A DNA stretch of 64,000 bases from Paragordius varius (taxonomy: Eukaryota; Animalia; Nematomorpha). The stretch covers positions 12,772,001-12,836,000 of the forward strand of contig OZ176054.1 of NCBI GenBank assembly GCA_964247055.1, written 5' to 3'. The position numbers were made by a program, and so were the translations under genes. Under the pieces are notes generated by a model, which saw only the letters and a list, made by a program, of their open reading frames with translations, did no database searches and had not been told where the DNA came from. Numbering within the stretch: the first letter of the stretch is position 1; each line of letters begins with the position of its first letter. This document shows, piece by piece, positions 23,681-37,727 of the stretch.

Positions 23681-26049
23681 TTATAGAAATATTAAATAAT
23701 AATAAAAGTAACAAAATTATAAAATACTCATCAAATTATATAAACTTAACTTCAAATAAGTGATTAACGATTGTTGATTGAAATAAATAGAAGATATTAA
23801 TCAATAGGTGTGTGTTTATAAAAAATAATGGTTAAGAATTATTTTTATATCTAGATTTGATATTTATCATCAAAAATAAAACCGTTTTTATTGAATTAAA
23901 TGTTTTTATTCACAGGAAAATGTTTCGATAGATTAGGAAATCGTTTCGATTGTTTGAGAATTACTTTCGATTCAATGGAAAAACGTTTTTTTGACTGGGA
24001 AATGGTATAAATGCAAATATTGCTTGCAGATCCCTATATAGATAACCATTATATTTGTTGTTTATCATTAAAAAATGTGTCCACTAATGTCATTGTTAAT
24101 AGATGTTATCAAAATATTTCTTTCAAATATTATAGAACTAAAGACATTTTAAATGCGTTTTATTGCGACCCCCAAAAATTTTAGTGTGGTTTTATAGAGT
24201 AGAAATATCTGCATAGGCATAGCAAAAAGTTAGAACATATTTTATTGTCTTATTAAGGAAAGGCCCTTTGAGACAAAACATGAGGGTGCAATTTTTTTGT
24301 TAATTTCCACAGATCTGATTATTAAACACCCTTCTCTTGTTAACCTTAAAATATGAATTGTATTTTAGCATTCACGATTGTTAACTATACAATATAAAAA
24401 CATTGCCGAATTATCCCTTTTTCAATGTTTTTGTCCTGTTTAGATTATAGTTTATTGAATAATAAATCGATAGCAATGATTAATATATTAGGATTTATTA
24501 ATCTATGAAAATATTAATGACACGATGTAATATATATTAATAAATATATGATAAAAGATGTAAAAATTTTGCATTGAATAAAAATTTGTGTCTAATACTC
24601 TATGAATTTATATAAATATCACTAAAAGCTGTAATGTCCAAATAAAAAGCGCTTTGAATTTGTCAAAGTAATAAGGAAACGTAATGTTTAATAATTTTTT
24701 AAGCAATTTAAAGGATTGGCGGTATTTATCTTTTGTTGATTCCTTGACAAAATCATGTTTCGAATCAATGTTCCTAAATATAAAACAAAACACAATGTTA
24801 TCATACAGTAAAAACTGAAATTATACGGAAAAAAATGTTAAAATATAAAGACAATTTTAGACAAGCATACTTTTTGATTTTTTTTGAATATTTCTCATTG
24901 TTTAAAGTGGCAGAGTGAATAGAGATATATATATATATTAATACAATCAATTCTATATTTTTATATAGGAAAAAATAAGATTTAAAAAGGTATTATTGTC
25001 CTTTGAAAAACAATTATTGTCTATATATTTTTGTGTTTCCGTTTAAATTTAACCTGTATGTATTATCATAAAATGTATGATCTAATAAACTCCAAATAAA
25101 ATTTTAACTGTTTTTACAAATGACACTTTAAATATATTAAATTATTGCTGCTGAATTCTAAATCCAATATTAATAAATATATAGAGAAAAAATTGAAATT
25201 ATACGGACAAAACCTAAAAATATAAAGACAATTATTTTCTAAAGACAGTCACTTTTAAATCTTGAATTTGTAAAATTTTAATAATTGTTTAAAATTGCAC
25301 ACAATCAATTACATTTTATATATTTTGTGTATAAATAATTTATATGGAAAAATTAAGATTTAAAAAAGTATGGCTGTCTTTTAAGAAAACAATTATTGTC
25401 TTTATATTTTTGTGTTTCCGTATAATTTCAACCTTTAGTTTATGTATTCCAAATAAAATTTTGACTGTTTTTACAAATGACACTTTAAATAAATTAAATT
25501 ATTGCTGCTGAAGTAATTATACATCCAATATTAATAAATATATAGAGAAAAAATTGAAATTATACGGACAAAACCTAAAAATATAAAGACAAATATTTTT
25601 TTCTAAAAGACATTCACTTTTAAATCTTGAATTTGTAAAATTTTAATAATTGTTAAAAATTGCAAAGTATGAAATAGAAATATATATTGATAATACAATC
25701 AATTACATTTTTTATATTTTGTATATAAATAATTTATATGGAAAAATTTAAATTTCTAAAAAGTGTGGCTGTCTTTTAGAAAACAATTATTTGTCTTTAA
25801 ATTTTACATTTTGTCCGTATATATTCAGTTTTTACTGTATTTTTTAATGCATACCTACCTTTGACCAAATTCCAGACTATTGTTTATGGAGGTTTCATAA
25901 TCTGATTCTCAATTTCCTGTATCGATTAATTCTAAATTTTCTGGATTGCTTGTTATTGTATGGGGAGGAGGGACAACTCCTCTAAAAAAACCTCATTTTC
26001 TTCGTGCAGAGATCGCGGTTTCCCAATAAACGATAATTTTTGTCCGGAA

Positions 26050-29000
26050 TTCATACAGGGGGGGGGGGGGGGACTAGGTTCCAATTCAAGCATAACAATA
26101 TGATTCATCTCTGGATACGGTTTCAAATACAGGCCTGGGGCACATAAAGGGTGGATTGTGGACCCACTGGGTTATAGAAACGCCCTAGATTGTAACCATT
26201 CAAAAACACATTACTCTGTGATAAAAACGCTGAATATCAACTTTTTCGAATATCATAAATTTTATTTAATAGGTATTAAATACGACAAAATGGTATAATT
26301 ATTCAAAGTGCATTTGATTTTGTTGCAAAAAATCGGGGAATGAATAAAATGTAACTACCTTATGCCAACCCCGAGTATCAAGGTAAGTATCATTCGGTTC
26401 CTGGCCATATTTGCTATGAATGACAAAATGACTTCGAAATACTTTGGAAGAGAATATTCGAGCTTTGTACTTATACTTAATGTCCTGCTGTTGTTTCAGA
26501 CTTTTCTGTTCAAATGGTTAAATTGGCGGTGAGTTTCTTCTTTATGTATGTCTTTGTGTTTTGGGAATAAACCGTCTACATTGACAGGTAAGGAGGGAGC
26601 TGTACATTATAAAATTAAATATTATAATATACATACATACATACATACCATTTTTTAGTCAAACCCAACATTTTATCAAGCAAACCCAACACTTTTCAAG
26701 AAAAAGCAACATTTTTTTCAAAAACAAACGCAATATATAAAATTTGTCATATACGCATTGTAAGTAAAATACCCAATCATAGTATCGAGTCCCATTGATA
26801 AAAACGCCTTGTAGGATGCCTTTAGTATCTATCGTTGAGATAGGGTCCGTAACAGATGCGGCCTTCATTTTAGACCAAAATATCCAGGGTAGCTCCTCTA
26901 GGTAGAAGTTAGATTGTACATGTCAAGCGTCCGGTCTATTGTCCCCAATATTATTTGTATAAAGGATATACAAATAACAAGATTTGTTCTGGTTTCAATT
27001 TAAAGATTTTTAAGAAAAAAATAGGTTAGGTTTCTCTTTTTGGTCAATGCTGTTCTATATTCGGTTTAAGATATTTATTAAAATGTATAACAGCAGTTCA
27101 GGTAAAATATTTTCTTGATTGCTATTCTTCTCTGCATATTGTCGAAAAATACTCCAGTAATTTAGTTATATATGAATAATAATACAATCAAATAAATAAT
27201 TTGTGTTAAAACAACAATTATATAGAAGGCGATAAATTATATATTATTGAATACTATATATATATATATATATATATGCAAAAAACGTACACATAAACAA
27301 GGGTGTAAATTTTTGAGTTTTAAACAACGTGTTTCGAATTAAAATTTTGAAAGATTTCTTATGGTGTTAGTATAATATATACAACCTTGATCAATTACTT
27401 TATACCTACTTTGTTCTTTGTGGGCTATTTTGATAATAATTTTTGCAAGATAGTCCAATGATCGTGTCATTGGGATGGACTGTCACATCGCCATACTAAA
27501 CTTTCCCTTGTCTGGGGTGAGAGGGTCGCGGGTGCCCCAAGGAACACTTTTATAATAACAATTGGATTAATCCATGAGATATAAACGAAAAAAATTAAAC
27601 TAAACTAAACTTAAAATTTAGTAAATAGTAAATAGAATAATATATTTGACCATTCGTCTTTAATAGTAATCACTGGCTAGCTAATTATGGTCAAATTTAT
27701 GAAATGATGTAAAATGAACAACTAAGGTGAAAACTTAAAATTCAGTAAATAATAAATAAATGACATATATATGTGTGTGAAACCATTCGTTGTCAATAGT
27801 AATTGCAGACTAGTTAATTATGACAAAAGCAAGTAAGTAAGAAAAGAAAATGTACCTTTGAAATGAGATCTCGAATCGCCCAAAATTGTGGGGTATAATC
27901 TCCCCCTTCACTGATTGGTGCATCGAAATCGTAATTCGTGGTACAGGGAAGATAGGTTAAACGCTTACTTCCTAATCTCAGATGTATCATTATTATGTCC
28001 ATTTAATAATCCATAAAAATAATCATCTCGATCAAATATTCCATGGCGATTCATTGATTTCAAATCCACTTCTAAAAGATATATCATTCAAACCTAAAAT
28101 TCACTCTTAAACAATTCAAAATCACCCTTGAACAATTCAAATCCACTCTTGAACAATTCATATTCACCCACAATTCAAAATCATTCCTGAACAATTCCAA
28201 TTCACCCTTAAACAATTTAAATTTGTACTAAAACAATTCAAATAACCCCGTAAAATCCTTGAACATTTCAACACCCCTAAACTAAATTATGTGTTTACAT
28301 TCCAAATTACTTATATTTTTTAACAAATACGTTATTAAAATAAACAATACAAAAAAATTTATAAAGAAATATTATATATATTAATGGTCAATGATATTAT
28401 TAGCCCCAAAAAACAAATAATTTATTTTTAGGGTGAATTTGAATTTATTTTAAGGTAAGTTTGACATGTTCGAGGGTGAATTCAAAATGTAAACGGTATA
28501 TATTTTTATATAGCTAGATACCACTTAATTATAAAAAACAAATTGATTTTGATTATATTAAACCAACTTTTAATCTGTAGTCTCTCTTAAGGTAGGTAAA
28601 AACTAAACTTTTCAACAAAAATTATTTAAATACAAGTGTCTTATATATACCATTTACAGTTCAAATTCACCCTTAAACAATTCAAATTCACCCTTGAACA
28701 AATCAAATTCACCCTCGAACAATTCAAATTCGCCCTAAAAATAAATTATGAAACTTCGGTCTAATATAACTCATTAAAATTAAATATATTTTTATGGCAA
28801 AGTTTATTATTTTTTCAGTATTATTTTGATTACATACAAAATTTCTTTTTTTTATAAATATAAAAAATATAGCTAATATATAATCTTAAAAAACATATAA
28901 TTTATTTTAGGGTGAATTAGAATTGTTCGAGGGTGAATTTGAATTGTTTAAGGGCGAATTTGAACTGTAAATGGTATACTTTCATTTATCCAATACATGT

Positions 29001-30794
29001 TAGCACCATTATAAAAACGAGGAGAGTTGTTCCGCCCTCGACGACATACAGGTTAACGCATGTCATGTTTGAGGTTTCAAGAATTTGTTCCAATGTTTTA
29101 ATCACACGTCCTTTGAATCAACTTTGCTGTGGGGGGAAACCTTTTTTTTCATATAAAATGATATTTATGCTCTTTTATGATTAAAGATTATATGGAAAAA
29201 ATGTAAAAAAATGGGATTTATAAAGTTGTATAAGGCACTTAATTGTATATATTTTTTAACATCGTAATTATATAATATTCGGATAGAAACTATCAAGGTC
29301 TAAATCGGGGGTATCTAACACATATATATTTTCACGTACTGCTTTAATAATTTTTTGTTTTGGTTTGACATTTATTTTGAGTTTAATTTTTATATCCCCT
29401 ACTAAAATCTATCGTAAAGTTTTGATTTAAAAATCCAATTTTTTATTTTTAGCATTTTTTTAAGGACATTTTGCGAACCGAAAAAGGGGTTTTGATATAT
29501 CTGTTTAACGCTATCAAGGTTATCTTTTAAAGAAAAAATATTTGTTGTTTTAATTTCATGTTTTGTCCGTATCTTTTTAAATTATTTCTATAAAATTATA
29601 AAGTTTTGTCGCACACATACCAACATGATCAATCCAACCAACATAGAATTCAGAATTGATGAGAGGTCTGCGCGGTTTAACTGCTCTCTACGTGGCAAAA
29701 GATTCATAAAGTATGCATATATGAATATTGTTAGAAATAAATCAGTTAGCTTTTTACGTTGGGCCATTATTTTTTTAAAAAAACCGTCTAACTTAAAGGT
29801 TTGAAAACAACTGCCTATTTTACTTAATAAACATAAACAATTATGAAGAGAGCGATTTTAAACAAATAAGGCAATAATTTGATTTAAAATTAAACGGTTT
29901 TTCTCAACCCATTATGGGTAACGAAGGGGGTTTTTCGCTTTGCGCTATGTTTACTTATTCAAGGTTACATAGAAACACATGTTATTGAAGGGGAAATTAT
30001 TAGATACAATAACAAAATATATTAAAAAAATGGTAATTTTTTTCGTAAATTATATCATGAAAGATACTCTAAAATAAAAAAACTTAAAAAAAGCAAAGTT
30101 TAATAATTTGTGTTGGAAAAAACAGGAAGTATAAATAGATATATTTGTCTCTATGCTTAAAGGCAAAAACTATTCAATTTATATTTGTTAAGAATGCTTA
30201 TTAAAGTTTAATTACCGGTTCCAAAATCGATGGTGGCATAGACCCCTGGAATTTTCCCGCACTTTAGCATGGAGGGATTGTCGCCATCTATCGTGAAAAA
30301 GACTGTCTCATTGCCTAAAAACATTCGCGCCGTTTGAAATAAACCCGAAAGAAAATCCGTGTCACAGGCATGATAACTCACATACTCATTTTCAATCTAA
30401 TATATTTACAGTGAACTTAAATAATATGACAAAATACAAAGATTTTTTAGGTATAAAAATGTGAAAATTTTAAAAAATGGAAAAGACGATAAATGCCACA
30501 TTGCGTTTTAATCTTGTCAAACAATTAAATTTTTTGGAAAAGTCTGTCGGCTAATTAATTTTCAATAGTTAAATGATATTAAAACCTGAAGCATAATGAT
30601 TGGTCCACCATTCTTATGCAAAAATTTGTTGAGTCGAGGAAGCAAATAAGACCACTAATCGATAACGTGTTTGAAAAAGGCTGGATTGCTTGTGCGCATA
30701 GCATTAAGTCTAACTAAATGTGAATCCATATTGAGCCAAAAGGGAAATCCACCCTGAAACATTACGAATAAGGTAAAACCAAATCCCATTCAGA
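26050..30794 (-). pseudogene. GLB1: GH35 beta-galactosidase (GLB1-like) pseudogene, 3' half
   Basis: Exons by translation: SEWDL (30780-30794); GGFPFW..KNGGPIIMLQ (30586-30753, TAG at 30655-30657); IENEY..IDFGT (30216-30396); NSEFYVGW (about 29620-29720, TAG at 29688-29690); VNLY..GGT..NGAN (about 28980-29140); TNYDFDAPISEGGD (about 27852-27960); LDILV*NEGR (about 26780-26960); DTYL..GWHK (about 26360); NGYNLGRF..GPQSTLYVP (about 26070-26215). Multiple stops and frameshifts. Confidence 0.9.
28646..28978. mobile_element. MITE family A copy inside the GLB1 pseudogene
   Basis: TATACCATTTACA...TGTAAATGGTATA with 21-bp subterminal repeats. An older, decayed relative lies at about 28080-28500. Confidence 0.85.
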
Positions 30795-31650
30795 ATAAAA
30801 CATATTTATTATTAAGTGTGCGCAGACTATGATACTTTTTCCAGCCGGCCTTAATATGCGATAAAGCCGATTCTATACCACCACCAGGATCTAAAGTATT
30901 ACCTAGGTATTTAAATTTGTCTATAAATTCGAATAAAGTGGAGGACTCGGGGCGAGATACTATGTTATGGGTTTTATTGTATTGTACAATATGATAAAAA
31001 TTGGGTTTGTCCTCTTTTATTGATATTATTATATCAAACATTGAGCGATTTATGCCGGATATATAGGTAAGCAAGTTTTTATTATTTTTTTAAAAAAGGT
31101 ATTAATGATGGATAAATTATTATTACTTGCGAAATTCAATTATACTTTACCATTTTCATTTCATTCAAAAACCTGTACTGAATGTAAAGATTTGTTACCA
31201 AATTCTAAGTTAAGGTCACCCCCGATATATATGAAATCATTGTGGAATAGCAAGGGCTTGTTCATATAAAGCTAACCAGAAATTCCTTAATTCTGAATCA
31301 CAACCGATTTGCAGAGCGTAAACGGATAAAATATGATAGATTTTTTTGTTGAGTTGAATTTTTATACAAATGATCTTTCTAATGAGTTATCAATCGATAT
31401 AATATTGGGTACCATGAAATTTTTGACATAAACTCCACCACCTGATGAACGGCCATAGGACCAGACCAGAATAATTTATAATCCAGAATGCTTTTGGAAC
31501 CATTCTTCCAGCGAGCTTCTTAGACGCAACAAATTTCGATGTCTTGGAGAATAGCAAAGCTGCTATTTCTAGCTTCTTCTGATTAAAGATGTTATATTCC
31601 ATAAATGACAAACGAATTATATGATTTATGGTGTGTGGGATCTGAATGAA
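30795..31650 (-). mobile_element. Decayed RTE-clade LINE, 5' piece (APE endonuclease remnants and RT C-terminus, internally deleted)
   Basis: YKLFWSG, YALQIGCD and IGGDLN remnants at 31140-31600. KFKYLGNTLDPGGG...IKAGWKKY...NKYV at 30800-30950. Confidence 0.75.
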
Positions 31651-32513
31651 TCCTTATGTTTTGTTAGAATGTATTGAAATAAAAAAACAAGCAAATAGCG
31701 AAAAAGATAAGTGAATTAATACTAAAATAAACTATGAAGCAACCATTTTTTACGTCGTGTATGCCCTTACTAACCGGCAACCAGAAAATCTGGAGAAAAG
31801 TAAATAAACGTCGTAAAGAAAGTTGGTGGGTTTCAGCTGTTAAAACGAATGTAAAAAAATGTTCTCAACCCCATTCTGTATTGAAAACATTCATATATTA
31901 TGAGAACAACTATGATACAGTTTGAAAATTCGTATGTCATATTTTCTAAGGACATTGCCTAAAAATATGCAGCGATTTACAAAATATAAAACAAAAACAA
32001 TTTATATATTTGAAAAAAATATTTGTTTTGTTAATTAAAAAACATAATTTACAAAGTATTTATTGATTTGTTATCAAATTTTAATAGGAGCCATGATCCG
32101 TATAAAGACCCCTGCATTTCCTGATAATCGGGTAAATATGCGTTCACCATAGGGAAGTAGAAGGATTAAATTTCATAAATACATGTTATTGGTTGACAGT
32201 TGAGAGATCCAGTCAACAAAAACGTTTTCCCAGTTAATAAAAACAGTTTTGTTTTTGATGATAAATTTATAAACAAGATACAAAAATAACTTTCAACCAT
32301 TATCGGGTCATTTAAATCAATTTATATTACATTTTTAATTTGGTGTTTGTATGACAAAAAAACACCAAAATAATATCAACACAATGCATCACCACAACTA
32401 ATTATATTTATTAAGATCCACAGCAAAAAGTACATGAAACTAATGAATAAAATGCAGATTAATTAATTATGAACATTCATATTATTAAGGAGTTTTTGAT
32501 TCTTGGGTTTTCG

Positions 32514-35500
32514 TTAGAAAAGTCTGGGTGATGTAAAAAACTTGTTGGGCAGCTTGATAGATGATCCGACCCTATTCAAATTGAGAATTTACATTTTTAT
32601 ATTTTTGAACAAAAAAATGTTAAAAAAACACAAAAAAATTCTTACTTTTGTTTGGTTGGGGTATCATTTAATTCTAAAATAAAATATAAATATATATATA
32701 AATTAATTAATTTTATTTTTCATCTTATTCAGGATATTAACATAATTTATTTCTTTATTCCTTAATTTGTAACCTTAGACGATAAGTAAAATTTAAAGTA
32801 TAAAATAATATTGTTTTCTTTTTAAAATTTTGAATATTAGTTTTATTGTCTGTAAATTTCCAATTTTAAAAAAATTGAATAAAACACAACGTGTTACAAA
32901 AAAAGCATACTTTGTTGTGGGGTTAGAGCCAAACTCGGATTATTGGTGTTGCTAGGGATAGCAATCAAATCATCCGTATTTATAAATTTGTTCCAAAAAT
33001 CTGTCGGGAGTTGAATGAGTTGTTCAACGACCTATCAACAACAAAATAAAATGATATAAATCTTATTTGCGATAACATCATTCTTTATTCCAACCAGCTC
33101 TTACAACTAAATAATAACTCCAAAATCAAAAATTGTTTTAAAGGCAAACTTCATATGATTTGTTAGGAATGTACATGTTACACTTTTGCAATAACAAGAA
33201 ATACCCAGAAAGATTGGATAAAAACAATTTCATTTGTATATACTTTAATCTGATAGAACCCTAAAGAAAGAATAAAGACTACACTCTCAAATTAAACAGC
33301 TTTCATAACTTAACATTTCAAATAAGAAAAATAGCATTCATAATAATTAGTTAGTGAAGAAATACCAAAGCTTGCTTGGAATAATCGGCGAGCAAAGCAA
33401 AAGGACTGGGATCACTTACGCTATAACCGACGATTGCTGGAGCGAAAATCGTGGCTAAACTACTCACATTCATTTTATTTTCCGGGACAGCCGCTATCCT
33501 AAATACCATTAGTATATACATATATTACTGTAAAAATTGCAATTATACTATGGACAAAACGTAAAAATATAAAGACAACCATATTTTTAAAATTGAGAGA
33601 ATTACGCATTGTATTTATGAAATTTATTAATTAAAATTAAGCTTTTTCGATAAAGATACTTTACTATAAAAGTCGAAAATTAAATTATATATATTTTTTA
33701 TATTTGTACGCATTTCAGCTTAATTTTTTTAATAAATTTGACAAATATTTTTTTAAAAGACAACCAACCATACTTTTAACCTTAATTAATCCTATAAAAA
33801 CATTTAATTACAATCGTTAAATACGTATTTGATTGTGTTTTTTACATTTCTAAATTATACTTTGTAATCTAGAACAATGAGCTATATTTTAAAAAAATGA
33901 AGTTTAAAAAAGTATGATTGTCTTTTAAAAAAAGAATATTTGTCGTTTTATTTTCACGTTTTTTCTCGTATAATTTCAATTTTTACTGTAATAATAATGA
34001 ATAATGTTTGTGTAAAAAATATAAAACATCATATATTTCTCATATCTTTTTATTTAATTTTTATAATAGGTAATATTTAAAGGGAAATAAGACTTTGTAA
34101 TATGAATAATATAAGTAGCTATATATATACTTTTGTAAATGAATCATTAGAAAAGAGAGCGTATCACGATTAGCCAGGGGTAATTTATCCACAAGTTGCA
34201 TTAATAAGGTTGTTCCATTCATCTGGTCTTTACTGCGTACACCTTTATAAAAGAGCCATAAAACATAAGATTTACAATTTCTTTTAGGGGCAAAAAATAT
34301 AATTGAAATGTAAAATTATCTTTTTATAATACAGTAAAAATTGAAATTATACGGAAGGACAAAACGTAAAAATATAAAGACAAATATTTTTTTCACAAAA
34401 GACAACATACTTCTAAATCTTCATTTTTTGATAACTTTTTATCTAACATTTAGTGAGAAGTAATATATATATTACTAAAACTCAATTTGATATGGTATTG
34501 AATAGCTTATATAGCAAAAAATTAAGGTTCAAAAAAGTATGGTTGTCTTTTGAAAAAAATATTTTCTATATATTTTACATTTTGTTCCGTATAATTTCAA
34601 TTTTATATTAATACAGGTCTAACTGTAATATTTAATAAGCTTTTTATAGAAAAAAAATGAGGAGTTAATAAACCCACCAAATAGAAAAATAAATCTAAAA
34701 AAGATAAAATGATATATACATACCAGCTGCACTAACAAATTCCTGCCACAAAGCCCTCGTAATCAATGGTTCAGTCAGGCTTCGGAGAAAATCTTTCAAA
34801 CATCCACAAATGACATTTATATCTTGGATTTTAGACTATAAACAATATGAATGAAATGTAAAGTATAAAAAATTGAAATTGTATACGGACAAAACGTAAA
34901 AAGACAAATAATATTTTTTTAAAAGACAAATATATTTAATCTAAATTTATATCAATATAACTCGTTTTAAAGGGCAAGGCGAGAAATAGAGATATAATAA
35001 TACCAACACAAATTTTATATTTTTCCAACTAATTAGCTTATAAGAGAAACATTAAGGTTTAAAAAAGTATGGTGGTCTTTTATGTCGGTGTAATTTCAAT
35101 TATGTAATATTTTTTCTAAAAGACAACCTTACTTTTAAACTGCAAAATATAATAACTAATTGTTTTAAACTGCAAAGTATGATATAAAGATGCAAATTGG
35201 TAACACGATCTTTTATATATATTTTACTATTGTAATAAAACAATTTTTATAGGATAAATTAATTAAAATTAAGAAAGGACCATATCTTTTGAAAAAAAAA
35301 TTGTCCATTATATGTTGACACTTTGTCCCCGTATAATTTAAAATTTCACCTGTAATGAAACGAAAATCAAATTAATTTTATAAAACATAAAGCAACATTA
35401 CCAAACATGGAGCGGTTTTTCCGCGCAAAAATTTTTCCTTTAGATCTTTAACATCTTTTTCAGACCTGTGTGGGACACATAAAATATTCATATATCAAAA

Positions 35501-36293
35501 TTATTGGATAACGACCTTAGATTTCGTTATTAAATATATATAATAAAAATTGAAAATATACGGACAAAACGTAAAAATATAAAGGCATTTTTTTTTCAAA
35601 AGACAAAACCATACTTTTTAAACCTTAAATTATCCTATAAAAAACTTTGCAATCGTAAAATACATATTGATTGTGTTACCAATTACATTTCTATATTATA
35701 CTTTGTAGTTTATAACAATGAGTTATATTGAGAAAAAATCAAGATTTAAAAAGAATGGCAGTGTCTTTCAGAGAAAAAAAATATTTGTCCTTATATTTTT
35801 ACGTTTTGTCCTTCCGTATAATTTCAATTTTTACTGTAAATTGAATTTTTGCCAACATTTTTTTGTGCATTTATTTTAATTTCTACCTTATTTACGACGT
35901 ACGTATAAATATAGTTTAATTAAAATTAAAACTAATCTTATAAAAGCAAAATATTTGTTTTCAAAAAAAAGTAAAAGTATACCCAGGTACACGATATAGA
36001 CCTACATCTTTCATACCCCGACACTCGATGGCATAAACGCAATGAATGACAAGGGCAGGGATATAAGGCGGATTTCCTGGAATAAATTCCGTTAATTGAA
36101 GCATATTCTGCGCACCAGCCTAAAATTTTTATAGAAACAGTAAAAATTTTAAAATTATACGGAAGGACAAAACCTAAAAATATACATACAAATATTTTCA
36201 AAAGATGAAAACAACCACACTTTTTAAACTAGCTCGTTGTAAATTTCACAAAAAAGTATAGAATTGAGATGTAAATTGGTAAAACCAATTATT

Positions 36294-36330
<37 letters not shown>

Positions 36331-37677
36331 TTGTGATAATAAATTTATCGACATAGGGAGCATTTAAGTTTTAAAAATTGTGTCTTTTGAAGCAAAAAAT
36401 TCATTTTAAGTATAGTGCATACCTTTTTGGGCGTATTTCCACCCGCTTGATGGCTATCATGGCCAGAGTACATTGGAATACAAGGGATTGGAACTTCTGT
36501 GCGACAATCCTCATGACACGTGGCTTTACATTCTTTGCATTTGAGAATTCTGGCGCCAAATCTCAAACGTTTTCCACACGGCGTACAGCAACCGGGCCCA
36601 TAATGATTCTTGATCGTAAAAATGTGAGGTCGACTCTTTAACAGTTTTCCTGTGAAATGCAAAAAAAGCAAAAAAGCATATGCTTACATATATACCATTT
36701 TTCAGGCAAAGGCCAGCCCATTTTTTCAAGCAAAGACAACTGAAAATATGGTGGGTGCTTTTGGATAAAAAAAAAGTTGTCTTTGATCGAAAAAATGGTA
36801 TACTTAAAATGGTTTATATCTTAGGGTTTTTTGTATTATTTCAAAGCTAAGATCCGGTGCTCTTGAGATTTTACTCTCGGTGTCAAACCTAGCATATACA
36901 TCTATCAAATATTTTTAAATTTAAGTTCCAATGCCATTTTTTTGCGGATATCCAAGCGCCCTTTTTATATATCTATATATATGGCAGATTTTTATTTCAT
37001 ATATATAAATAAGAATGTATACTATAAAACAACTACCAAACCCAAAAGAAATAAAACTCAGCTATTTATGAATGATAATTGGATATTGTAATCTAATGAG
37101 CGTTGATTTCCATTGTAAGAAATAAAAGATTAAAAATTATTTAGGGGCAAATTAAATTCCCCTTACCGTGAATATAAAATATCGACAAATTATATGATTA
37201 TTATTATTATTAGAGAGAAGATTTAAAATTTAACCATAATTTGGGTAAATTATTTGTTCTTTTTGCTTAAAAATAAAATATTCAAATATATAGAAATAAA
37301 AGAAAATACCAGCAGAATTCCAAGTAGTTAGCGGGTGATTAGCCGTTAAATATTTTCGAGCACTGCTCCGTTTACGTTCACTAGCTGGCAAAGTGCTCGT
37401 GACTGTAATGTAGTTATCTATGAAATTATAGTAAAAATTGAAAATTATCCTCGTTTGAATTGAACCGATATGACATAAAAAAACTAAATTTTAATCATAA
37501 TCAATATTTAATCTTTCATTTGGTAATGATTATAAAATTAAAATTCTTGGAGAAAAAATTCAGAAAAAATGTCAATAGATATATTTAAATGGCTCAATAT
37601 GAAAGAAAAGTTTTTTTCTTTACATACATGTCAAAAATAAAACGAATTCATTTAATTTATGTTTAATTGTAAACAAA

Positions 37678-37727
<50 letters not shown>

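Noticed and set aside
30240-30310. Apparent RTE C-terminal DRWR motif
   Set aside because: Wrong frame. The region is the GLB1 exon IENEY...IDGDNPSMLKCG.
29688-30657. Stop-codon reassignment (TAG/TAA read as Gln), suggested by in-frame stops at Q/K positions in GLB1 and DUF229
   Set aside because: Other stops replace W, E and Y and co-occur with frameshifts. The 1265-aa retrotransposon ORF and the RacGAP1 CDS have no internal TAR codons and end in TAA. This is ordinary pseudogenisation.
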